DNA of 64,000 bases, taken from Eledone cirrhosa (Eukaryota). Numbering within the stretch: the first letter of the stretch is position 1; every line of letters starts with the position of its first letter. The translations under genes and the position numbers were made by a program. A model generated the notes under the pieces. It was given only the letters and a program-made list of their open reading frames with translations, was not told the origin of the DNA and searched no databases. The stretch lies in the NCBI GenBank assembly GCA_964016885.1, contig OZ024745.1:89342001-89406000 (forward strand), given 5' to 3'. Shown here one piece after another: positions 52,411 to 64,000 of the stretch.

Positions 52411-52584
52411 ATTTCCTCTCTTAAATTTCTCTCCTTCTCTATAAGAAATCTGCTGTGTTCAGACATAGAAAGGGAAGGGCTCCACCGGGCTTAAAATGCC
52501 CAAGAAACACCATTTGTCGCTACGGCTCCACTGCGACTCCATCACAAGCTGCGGGACTAAAAAAAAGGCTAATAATATAGTCAA

Positions 52585-53492
52585 TCTATATATATAAAAC
52601 TGTGGTTGTCTGTCTGTCTATCGATTTTTGGCACACATCTCCTCTTAGAATCTCTCACGGAATTGCACCGAAATTGCTATACTTGTACATTGAGACCTAG
52701 CGAAGACATCGGAAAAAAAGAATTTCAAATTGACCCACCCTATGTGACGAAATCGAATATAATGTATCGATTTTTGAGCGTAAGTGATCAGTTATTTCCC
52801 TTTGTTCTGTTTACATTGAGCGTCTTACGTAAAAAATTACGCTGGCTTTCTCAGCGTTTAAAATGACATTAACACAATACACGAACAGTTCGAACACTAA
52901 GCTTCCGTTTGGCTTCATTTCCATTTAAAAGCATTTTAAAACAATATTTTTACTTGAAAACAAGTCTATTTAAAGAGTACGTAAAACAAGCAAATATTTC
53001 GTCGTTAGGCGTGCAGACAGACAGTCGTGCAGACAGACAGTCGTGCAGAGAGGTGATATAGGCGTGCAGACAGACAGTCGTGCAGAGAGGTGATATAGGC
53101 GTGCAGACAGACAGTCGTGCAGAGAGGTGATATAGGCGTGCAGACAGACAGTCGTGCAGAGAGGTGATATAGGCGTGCAGACAGACATAACTGATAATTT
53201 GATTACGCTAATGTTTTTCTCTGCGTTGCAGTGTTTACATTTTCGATCTTTGTTAATAAATAACCAGTGCAGTTTCTATCCCCAGCATCCTCTTTTGTTA
53301 TAACATTCGGGTTATCGTTATGTTTTCTTAACTTCATAAGGCATATTGTTGGTTGAGGGAATATTAATCAAAAACACCACATGCAAGTCTGCACAGTAGA
53401 CACTACAGTTTTTAAGCCAAGAAAGAAACTTAACATTGTAACTTTAACACAGCTACTGAGCGACCCCGAGCAACGCCGGGCTTTACTGCTAG
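52585..53492 (+). mobile_element. Non-autonomous Helitron with internal 37-bp minisatellite (53007-53187)
   Basis: A|TC start, CCCGAGCAACGCCGGG hairpin, CTAG|T end. Unit GGCGTGCAGACAGACAGTCGTGCAGAGAGGTGATATA. Confidence 0.88.
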
Positions 53493-54139
53493 TGTTATAT
53501 ACAGTTGGTTCCAATTTAATATTTAATGACAACTATGTTAAATACATGGACACTAAATTATGTAGTGTTTTCATATTAGTGGTCTTTCTGAGCAGTTACA
53601 TTCAGTGATATAGTGGATAGTATTTGCTTATTATTTTGATTAAGTTGTAAGGATACAAACACATAGAAATTGAGTGAAACTGTAGAGTAATGAAATATCT
53701 CAATACATGCTTGAAAAGATATATTTCTCTTATCTAAAAAAAAAACAGGCAAGAAAATATTTACAGATTTTGTTTCCTTTCAGTAGTAGTAAAAACGTCA
53801 ACTTTAAAAATAGATAAGTACAATTATTGCAGTTGTTCCGAAGACAATTAAGAATCCAAAATGTGGTGCTTGATGTAAATAAGAAGGAGAAAAAAGCAGA
53901 TGTTTTCACAACTTGATTTTGTTTGATAATATCTTATTCTTATTTGTTAACATCTTATAATTTGTTTTCAATATAATATTTTAAAAAGCAGATTCATAGA
54001 AACGAAACGAAATGGTCTGATAATACAAAAGATCAATAGAATTTATGAAACATCATTAAGGTAAAGTGAGGCAAGGAAATATGGGATTCGTAAACACCAT
54101 TATGTTTCAGAGATAAAATTCTCGGTTGTAATATATAGC

Positions 54140-54230
<91 letters not shown>

Positions 54231-54240
54231 TATACTCACA

Positions 54241-54344
<104 letters not shown>

Positions 54345-55792
54345 AGGATCACGAAAAAAATCGGGAATAGCCCACTGTCGAAAAATATACGCTATACATT
54401 AGTAGAGTATAGGCATGTTCATAATATTGTAGAAAAGAATTCAACAGGACGAGAACTGTTTCGTTCGTAAGAAATCATTAGAATGTACAAATAAAATTTG
54501 GATACTAGATAAAAAGAAGACAACGGAAAACAAGTCGAACGAAAACAAGGCAAACCGACAAAAATGTTTATGGGGAAAACTTTAATTATTTTTCATAAAA
54601 ATCAATGCCCCAAAAGATATATATATATATAACAAAGAATGTGTGGTAAGGATAAATATATCTGCGTTGCTATCGTGCAATCGACATCGATCAAATACAA
54701 ATATATATATATATATATTTATTTAGGTTTGTTGGTTAACCACTGAATAGAACTGGTTATTCCGTATGGTCTATCTCGATTTAATATTATGGAGAGCACT
54801 CAACGTAATGCAACTCACCCGTCTTCGTTGTGTAGTTGGTGGTGCGAGTACGAAGTTAATTATTATCAAATAACAGGAGGTTGGACTAGTGTAAATCCTT
54901 GCAAGGTTTATTATACAATGATCATTTCAATGACCGGGTTCTGTATGAATCCGATGACATAATCAGATATTCAAAATATAACAAAGGAATATAACAGATA
55001 AAATCCATGGGGTTGAAAAGCAGAGACAGAGGACTGTAAGAAGATTACAACTCACCAAAAAGCAAGCAGATAGGCTAAAACGAACACTAATTCTAAACAT
55101 AAAAAAGAAGATTTACAGAGAATTAAATCATCAAGAAAAACATAAGAGTAACCTAATACAATAAATAACTAAGATCACCACACCAAGAGAAAAACTAATA
55201 TTTATAAACCTTATATGTCTTGAAGAAATGTACATTGTTCAAGAATGTGACAAGCACTTAAAAAAGAAACTAAAATGGCTCAAACAGATGAAACTAAATC
55301 AAGATACTTTAGAAAATATCGAGAGATTTCCTGAGAAATTCGACGGAATAAATATGGCCATCTCATTGACAGATGAATTCAACAACAACAACAGAAATAT
55401 ATACGGCAACACTACAGTCGACTCTGATGAATTATCGATATTACAGCTACCACCTAAATATGCCACATATAATAAGGTAAATATGATAAAATGCTTGTCA
55501 GAAATAGAAAATTCATTTAGAAAATTACTTTGGAGCCTCAAAAACAAAAACAAAAGTAACAACATACGCACACACAAACACACACACACACACACATACA
55601 ACACACATTCCAACAACAACTGACACAAACAACAATAACAACACACACAACAATAATAACATACACGGAGACAACAACAACAACACACATCAACAACAGC
55701 ACACATCAACAACAACAACAACACACACACATTCTATGCATCTCACCACCACCACAATCTTATCAAACACACAGACACAGAAAACAGATAAT

Positions 55793-55970
55793 TGTTTCCA
55801 CTTTAGGCACAAGGCCAGCAAATTACCCAGTGCATTACTGGTACTTTATTGTATCGACCCCGTAAGGTTGAAAGGCAAAGTTAACCTCGGCGGCATTTGA
55901 ACTCAGATCGTAAAGAGACGTAACTATGCTGGAAAGCATGGCGTCCGACCCACTACCGATACTGCCAATC
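55793..55970 (-). mobile_element. SINE inserted in the PLE, 17-bp TSD CACAGAAAACAGATAAT
   Basis: TSD visible on both sides. Confidence 0.93.
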
Positions 55971-58807
55971 CACAGAAAACAGATAATGACAGTAACACAG
56001 AAATAAGGGAAAGATTGAAAGGGGAAGGGAGACTATCAATACTGACAGAGAAAACAACCAGGACGAACACACAGGCACACAAAATAGAGTAGATAATAAC
56101 AATGAGCCAGAGGAAAGCGACAGAAGTAATAATGAGAGACATAGAAACAACCATGAGGCTGTTGGTGGAAATAGAAATAGAAACAACACAATTAACAATA
56201 ACAACAGCAATAGTACACATAAAGCAGCAGCCTGCAACTCTACTTTTTATAATCCTTCCGATAAGTCTTTCGACCTGCGACGAGTCCACGCCACGACTTT
56301 AGCTTTTAACAAACGCGCACAATTGCCGTCGCAGGTCGATGATAAAACAGAAGCACAATTTAGTATAGCTAGATCTAAACTTATAAGCATTATAGAACAG
56401 TATAGTAAGAAGCAAAATAGAATCGAGGCCCAGCAACTGGGAGAAAAATCTGCAAATGGTTTGCGTAAGCTCATGCAGCGCTCGCGTAATGGAGAGATTG
56501 CATGCTTTCCAACAGACAAGTCTGGCAGAATGACGGTTGACCGTCTGTCAAACTACATCCAGGCAATGCAAACCCACATGACTAACACAAGAGAAGTAAC
56601 ACCACAAGAGCATGAGGATAGGGAAAAAACCCTCAATGCCCATATGATGATGTGGACAAATATATGCAGAACAACAAAAGGACTGCAAACAACTTCCAGG
56701 CCTGGAACAATGACGTGCCAGCGTTGTATGGGCTTCGAAAAGACCATAAAACGAGCAGTGACCCTGTCACAGGACCACCAACACGGTCAGTCTGTGGAGC
56801 TAACATTGCTAGTAACTACAGACTTTCCTACTTCCTCTCCCTGATCATACGCCCCATCATTGAAATGTTCCCAGATATATGTGACAGCACGGAGGACCTC
56901 CTCAGCAGAATCAGCGAAGGTAACCGATCTAGGGACCTAACAAACTGCATAATAGGCAGTATGGATATTGTTTCCCTATATCCATCTATTGACGTGGATT
57001 TTGCTGTGGAGAAATGCGTAGAAATGATCAGTGAGAGCAATGTTGAATTCCGTGGGATTGATACCCGTGAGCTGGGACTCCTACTTAAACTTACTCATAG
57101 TAACAATTATCTAGATACATATGACCTTAGCAACCTGTGCCCTACAAGACCAGCAAGAGGCAGACCACCTACCATTACCTCAATGGCCAAGGAAACCCAC
57201 ACTGATAGATGGAACGGGTGGAGCAGAGCCATACGGAACCGCGAAAACCACGATGAACTAAAGAAAGTGATTTCACATGCGGTGGGGGCCAGTATAAAAT
57301 TAACCCTTAAGGAACATATGTTCAAGTTTAATGGAAAAACATATGCCCATAGGAGGGAGAAGCCATTGGTGTTAGCATTGCAGGTGACATAGCTAACCTA
57401 TTCATAGTATGGTGGGACAATAGACTTAAACTTAAACTTAAAGAACAATTAGAAGACAGCAACCTCTTAACCCTGATAATGTCCTCCCGTTACGTTGATG
57501 ATATAAACATTGTAGTAAAAACACCCCCACTAGAGAACAGTCAGGAATTAGAGAAAAACACAATGGAATGCGTCCAGCAAATAGCTAACTCCATCCATTA
57601 GAGTATTAGAGTTATTATAGACTACCCAAGCAAATACCCCAACAATCGATTACCTGTACTAGACACAGAACTCTGGTTAGATACTATCAATAACAAAAAA
57701 CAAATCTTCCATTCCCATTATGCCAAACCCATGACTTCCAAATATCTGATCCACCGAAACTCAGCTGTTTCGGACCACACCAAAATCACCATACTGATTG
57801 GGGATTTGGTACGGGTGATGAGAAACGTGTCCCGCATGTGAAACCCCAAAGAACTAGAGAAACACATACAACACTTCATCCACCGTATGCAGTTCTCTGG
57901 TTATAATCAGAGAGATAAGATGAGAGTATATAGAAGAGCCAGAACCAAATGGGAAAAAATGGTAAATAATGATACAAATGGGACCTGACCCATGTATAGG
58001 AGCAAATTTTGCAATATAATAGAAAGAACTAGGAATAAGGTTAATAGAATAAACTCATGGTATGATAGCAATAAATACCAGAGTGTAATGTTCATCAATA
58101 CAAGCCCTAGAGGTGAGTTAGCTTACAAATTCAGATGAATATAAACTCAATATTAAGATAGTAGAAAAACCAGGTACCTCCATAAAAAACACTTATTAGC
58201 AATACATACCCTTTTCAAATACCTCACTGTATAGATAAGAAATGTATAATCTGTAAATTGAGCCCTCATATTAACTGTAAAACTAGAAATATAGTATATA
58301 GCATAAGATGTACTGAAGGACAATGTAGAGATAAGAATATAATGTACATAGGAGAGACAGCTCGTAGTATGGGAGCACGGATAAAAGAACACTGGTGAGA
58401 GCTTCAAGATAGTAACGAATCATCTGTACTCTACCAACATACTAAAATAGAACATAAGGGTAAATTAGAGAACATAGAAATAAAAATAGAATCTACACAC
58501 AGAAAAGACGCAATGTTTAGACAAATCACAGAGGCAATAAACATAAATGAACTCCAACCAAATTAAATAGAAAGCATGAATGGAATAGCAACATCACAAC
58601 TTACAATTATGGACAAAATGAAAACACACACACACATAGAACAAACAACCAGTAACATGTAAATAAACAAATAAATAAACAAATATAAGCACACACAGAC
58701 ACCCGGATGTAACACATGCGCAAACAAAGCACACAACACACACACACAAACAATATGGCGTAGTACAGGATAAAGGAGAGGCACAAACACAAAGAAAAGA
58801 ATCCCCA

Positions 58808-58850
58808 GCCACTGAAGAAGTTACAGAATGTGTAACGAAAGAACTTTGAC
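58808..58850 (+). ncRNA. Minimal hammerhead in the PLE 3' pLTR
   Basis: GCCA-CTGAAGA-A-GTTAC/GTAAC-GAAA-GAAC-TT-TGAC. Confidence 0.65.
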
Positions 58851-59062
58851 AATATATGAACAATCGTCTGGTTGTGGAACCAACCAATCAACCGGAAATT
58901 TATAAATTCCTAAATTTATAAATTTAATTTATAATAAATTAAAGTGAAAGCAACTGGTGCGGGTATTTTTTATTGGCAACGTAACCCTCCCAAAGTATAA
59001 CAATATCGGTTTCAACACACGTTTTCAGATAAAGAATCTTGCTAAACAAATTCAGAAAAGAA

Positions 59063-59178
<116 letters not shown>

Positions 59179-59825
59179 CTATATATATGTATGTATCTAT
59201 ATATATGTATACCTTGTGTCAGGTCACCAGTTAGTGCTACTGGTATCATGTATCCCAGTACAACCTCTCCCATGGTCGGGTCGTTGGCAACTAAACTGGC
59301 AACCCCACCAAGGTTTCTTGATGAGGAGGGTGACTTGGGACATCCTGCAGGACTAAAAACAAAACCTGTCAAAGAGCAAAGGAGCTCTTAAGAGTCAATG
59401 GCCATCTAAAATCACTGGGAGAGATGACCCCTTAGCCTTTGTCAAGGCAGAATTCTAGGAGAAGGAAAACTCTGATATAACACCTGCAACCCTGATGGTA
59501 TCCAATGATGTTGACTTGTTCTTCTTTTTGGTAAATATCATCTTGGTTAAGAGAGTGGGACTGGCTTTGTGCAGTGCCTTTGCTCACTATAAAAGCTTCA
59601 CGGCACAGGCATTGCTTTATATCTGGAGATCTCTCTGTACTTGTCATCACATGGTACCATGGGCCCAGCACTATGTGTCAATAATTGTCACAAGTGTAGT
59701 GTTTGTACCAGAGTTTTCAAGTCGCTAGCTGGACTAAAAAGTCACACTCGTTCAGCGCATCGGTAGGGGTTCTCCTACATGGATATAAAGTAGTGGCCGT
59801 ACTCGAAAACGAGTTGGCAGCCACC

Positions 59826-59892
<67 letters not shown>

Positions 59893-59894
<2 letters not shown>

Positions 59895-60761
59895 TGGTTT
59901 CACAACAGTTAGTTCACCATACCGAGAACAATATTTTCACCCTAGCCGATCCTCACCTCGTAATGGGCATGGTTATACGGAACAGGAAGCACAACCATAC
60001 GAACGCGCAGGCGCAGAAACCGATCACTTCACACAGGCAATACTAAAATGCGTGCGTGAGGTGTAAGGGTACTAACAGCGAAAGTCCGAAAAGTTTTTAT
60101 TTGATAAGAAAATTATGATGTTGTTACAAATAAATTCAATCCGGAGCTTTGTAGTTATGCAATAGGTGTTTCGAGACGTGTGGACAACGTGTGAAAAATT
60201 TATTTCTCGTGTTTAGGCAATCGCTATTGCATAATCTTTTCAGAATATTTATTCGTTCGTCATTGTATAGTCCACACGACGGATTTCCCCTTGCGTATGG
60301 TTTGGACTAAGTGATGGCTTTCCATTGAATGGAGTAGTCTATACTTGAGTCCTTGAGGGACCATACGTGGCTCGCTAGTTTCGTGGATGAACGTCTGTCC
60401 GGGTACCTAAAGGTCGACTGTTGGTTCAGGAAACGTTCCTTAAATCGTTGCATTGTTGTTGAAGGGGCAAGCTTCGGGCTTCCGGCAAGAGCACCCTGGT
60501 GGGGTGTTGCTCCTAGGGCTGCTGGTGATGTGGGCCCTCATGTTCTTAGCGCAGGAGTATCCTGGTTTTACTTTGTGTCGGTTGAAGATCGATCGGTATT
60601 TATGACCTTTGGGAAAGTGTCTATCTAAGAGGGCTAGAAAGTTTTGGACTACATTGGTTTTAACGTTGAGTGAGAATAGGGGAGTGTAACCACTTCTACC
60701 TAACTCGTCCCATGGACTGAGTGCTCTAACACTACGGATATTACCTTCCAGTGTTCTACCA

Positions 60762-60765
<4 letters not shown>
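59893..60765 (-). mobile_element. PLE 3' fragment (Neptune-like linker plus pLTR) between (TA)n tracts
   Basis: YTPLFSLNVKTNVVQNFLALLDRHFPKGHKYRSIFNRHKVKPGYSC..GCSCRKPEACPF. Degenerate HHR at 59923-59960. Confidence 0.85.
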
Positions 60766-60829
<64 letters not shown>

Positions 60830-61454
60830 GTTATATAGTAATGTGCATTATTGGTGTGTAAAATGGTCCAATAAATTTATGTTAGCAATATTAAGTTCTC
60901 CACGCTTTTGTATATCTCCAATTCCATTCAAGGGAACAGCTAGATGATGTAAAACGGAGTATAAGTATCAAAATGAAAACCGAAGGCAAGGTAAAATTCC
61001 AATCATTTAATCACGCCACATATTTCATGCTACTGTACGTCTGTATACATATATGTATGTACGTATACATACATACTTACATTTAAGTAAGTGCCGTACT
61101 AAGAGGGAGAAATGAAATTTCGTTTCATTCTATTCCAATTTATCGTTTTCGGTGCGCCTGGCCGACTGAACTCACTCGATATGCAAATTAGGCTGCTCAG
61201 CCGTTAATTTTCATAAGGAAAGTATATACTTTCGAACGTTCAACCATCTGGCAGAAGGGTATACGGTGCTGACGATAGCTAACAAGCTTGAAACTAGTAC
61301 ATCGTTCCTGTGTCAGTGTTGAACAAAAAGGTGACGTGGTTGCCTTAACACCGTACGGCATAAATCAGGCTGTCCGTTTTTTTACAAACAGACAAAGCGA
61401 GCGTTATAATAAACGTTCGCTAAACTGATACGTACATATATATATGTGTACCTG

Positions 61455-61559
<105 letters not shown>

Positions 61560-61681
61560 GCTACTGTACGACTGTATACATATACATTATGTACGTATAC
61601 ATACATACTCACATTTAAGTAAGTGCCGTACTAAGAGTGAGAAATGAAATTTCGTTTCATTCTTTTCCGATATATATAAAC

Positions 61682-61713
<32 letters not shown>

Positions 61714-62369
61714 ACATACATATATATATATATATGTCGGGTCACTATTGAGTGCTGCTGGTAACATGTAACCCAGTACAACCTATTGCATGGTCGGTTC
61801 GTCGGCGACTAAACCGACCACCCCTCCAAGTTTACTTGGTGAGGAGGGGGATTTGGGATACACTGCAGGACAAAAAACAAAACCTGACAAAAGGCGAAAG
61901 AACTCATAATATTCAACAGCCATCCGAAAGTGTGTAAATATGTATATACACATGTACCGCGCGGTTAAACCACTGGGAGTGAAGGATCCCTAGCCTTTGT
62001 CAGGAAACTGGGATTAATCCGATATAAAACCTGCGGCTCAGTAGTTACCGATGATGTTGATCTTTTCTTTTTTTCGGTTTATAGCTACTGTCGCTCAGAG
62101 AGTGGGATTGGCTCAGTGCACAGTCTTTCCTCACTTTAAAAAATATCTTCACGCACATGCATTGCACGATAGAATTAGTTAATAATTATTAATAATGGTA
62201 TATCGTACAATGGCCATACTCGATAACGAGGGTGCAGCCATCATATGTATATATGCAATGAGTTATTTCATTTGTTGCTTATTCAACAAAATTATTTGAC
62301 TATTCAAACAGAACTTAAAACGATAAGTTTTTGTTTGGGGATATGTCACTATCTGTAAAACAACTTTTG

Positions 62370-62430
62370 TATTTTATCTGATGAGGGTGTGCCAAAATGT
62401 TGCTACCCTTGAAATATATATAATAAAATA
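62370..62430 (+). ncRNA. Minimal type-I hammerhead ribozyme
   Basis: TATTTTAT-CTGATGA-GGGT..ACCC-TT-GAAA-TATATA-TA-ATAAAATA. 8-bp stem I, palindromic stem III. Confidence 0.75.
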
Positions 62431-62486
62431 AATATGGTTTCATAAAGGTAGTTTCCATTTATTAATATTATTGCTATATACATATG

Positions 62487-62521
<35 letters not shown>

Positions 62522-62603
62522 ATAATAATAAAATTGAAGACTAAAATCCAAAGAGGGCTCGATAAGGAAAATATATATCAAATATATAAGAACCGTAGAG
62601 CAA

Positions 62604-62722
62604 ATATTTATTAAAATAACAGATTAAAGTTTAAGCAAAGAATCGCTGCTTTCATCAGAAGATCCCGTTAAGGGTGAAAGCAGCGATTCTTTGCTTAAAC
62701 TTTAATCTGTTATTTTAATAAA

Positions 62723-62725
<3 letters not shown>
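62604..62725. repeat. Perfect 51-bp inverted repeat with 20-nt loop
   Basis: 62604-62654 is the reverse complement of 62675-62725. Confidence 0.95.
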
Positions 62726-62754
<29 letters not shown>

Positions 62755-63171
62755 AAGAGAGAGAGCAAGAGAGAGAGATTTGTGTGTGTGTGCGTACAAG
62801 TATATGTGTGTGTCCCCATGAGTGCGTGTTTCCGTGTGTGAGTGTGCGTGTGTTTGTATACATATATTGTTATCGAGCCATCGACATTGATAACATACAA
62901 ATGTATATATATACACACACACACATATATATATATATACATATGTGTGTGTGTATATGAGTGTAAGTACATGTATGTATATGTATGAGTGTGTATGTGA
63001 GTGTATGTATGTGTGGGGTAAGCATGTGTAAGTAATCTAATTACACTACATCTGTTGATATTTATCCTCATATCCTATTTTGATCCACAGCCAGGAATCA
63101 CTTTTTCGCTAATATATTTCTCAATTTATATTTTTTCTTTTTTTTTTCATTCATCTCTTCTTATTTTTCTA

Positions 63172-63526
63172 CAGGGTGGTCCGAAATTCTTGTCACCCCT
63201 ACATATTGTTTTAACTTTTATTATTTTTTTGGTTTAATAATATAATATAATATATAATATCGTTAATTATAATATATAATAATATTAACATAATTATCTA
63301 TTTCAGGTGGCTGACACGAGCTCCTACTGTTTGGTAGAGAGGCTGCTTACAAGCGTATGGACATATGATCGTGTACATTCTGGCTAGAGCATGGAGGATG
63401 TGCGACATGACTTCACTGAAAGATTGGGCAAACCAGCTCCTCCGAAGAGGACGATACTGCGTTGGGAACATAAACTGTTTCTCGTTACTTTTTAGTAGTA
63501 GGTGACACAAATTTCGAACTATCCTC
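63172..63526 (+). mobile_element. Tc1/mariner-type internally deleted element (MITE) with transposase HTH remnant
   Basis: TA|CAGGGTGGTCCGAAATT..TGTCACC left end and GGTGACA..AATTTCGAACTATCCTC|TA right end. Reads 'DVRHDFTERLGKPAPPKRTILRWEHKLF'. Confidence 0.75.
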
Positions 63527-63559
63527 TAGATTACATAAACATTATTTTGTTTATGTTTT

Positions 63560-63740
63560 ATTGGCAGTAATCGGTACAGCGTCAGACAATATGCTTCGTG
63601 TTCAAATCCCGCCGAGTTTAGCTTTGCCTTTCGTACTTATGGTGCCGATAAAATAAAGCACCAGTTATGCAGTGGGTCGATTTAATCGGCCTTCTCCTCC
63701 CCTAAACTTGCTGACCTTGTGCCTAAATCAGAAACCATTA
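63560..63740 (+). mobile_element. tRNA-derived SINE
   Basis: Family motifs present. Confidence 0.85.
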
Positions 63741-63889
63741 TTTATGTATTTGAGAAGCATCTTCCATTAACAATATTGTAATATTGTTAATTGGAGTCTA
63801 GAATGTGAAGAGATGTGCTATATGTTGATATATTATCTATGATATTGACTGAGGTATTTACTATGTTTTTAGATTCTCGATAGTATCTA

Positions 63890-64000
63890 CCGGGGGGCTG
63901 AAAGGTTCCCGGTTTAAAGGTATCGGTTTAAAGTAGAGCTGTTATCTTAACACGGGAGGTAGGAACGCTGCAATAAGTGCGTGAATCTGAGAGGGCATTA
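63890..64000 (+). mobile_element. Mariner-like terminus (runs off the window)
   Basis: TA|CCGGGGGGCTGAAAGGTTCCCGG resembles the CGAGGGG..CTGAAAAGTTCC mariner TIR. Confidence 0.5.

Larger units (their letters stand above)
54730..58950 (+). mobile_element. Near full-length decayed Penelope-like element, Naiad-like RT
   Basis: PTDKSGR, PALYGLRKDHK, GSMDIVSLYPSI, a long insertion (CPTRPARGRPPTIT), IGVSIAGDIANL, RYVDDI, LPVLDTELW, CIDKKCIIC..NCKTRNIVYSIRC..MYIGETAR..RIKEH, and a 3' HHR. Confidence 0.92.

Noticed and set aside
53007-53187. 37-bp repeats resembling a CRISPR array
   Set aside because: Contiguous tandem units with no unique spacers, inside a Helitron, in eukaryotic DNA.
57830-58400. 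Selenocysteine TGAs in the Naiad-like PLE
   Set aside because: The TGAs (RM*NP, GT*PM, FR*I, HW*EL) are not at the zinc-finger or GIY-YIG cysteines, which are TGT. They fit CGA>TGA decay, TAG and frameshifts are also present, and no SECIS was seen.

Overview
AT-rich, repeat-saturated animal DNA. It is probably cephalopod (Octopus-like); this is inferred from the SINE family and the (TA)n/(CA)n/(CATA)n density, not proven. I found no intact protein-coding gene. Most ORF-track entries are microsatellite read-throughs or transposon remnants. The window holds at least six decayed Penelope-like retroelements (PLEs, RT and/or GIY-YIG), a head-to-tail stack of R4/Dong-type LINEs inside a (CATA)n tract, RTE and L2/CR1 tails, about 20 copies of one tRNA-derived SINE (several with TSDs starting ATTAT), five Helitron derivatives (one keeps the RepHel N-terminus), a DD37D maT transposon, Tc1/mariner and hAT MITEs, and several fold-back elements. 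The most notable signal is roughly a dozen type-I hammerhead ribozyme (HHR) motifs. The best one (29483-29571) has a canonical core, stable stems I and III and a GUC cleavage site. It lies in a non-coding 463-bp unit with 85-bp terminal redundancy, making it a candidate retrozyme (circular-RNA retroelement) mobilised by PLEs. All structures and coordinates were read by eye and are approximate.
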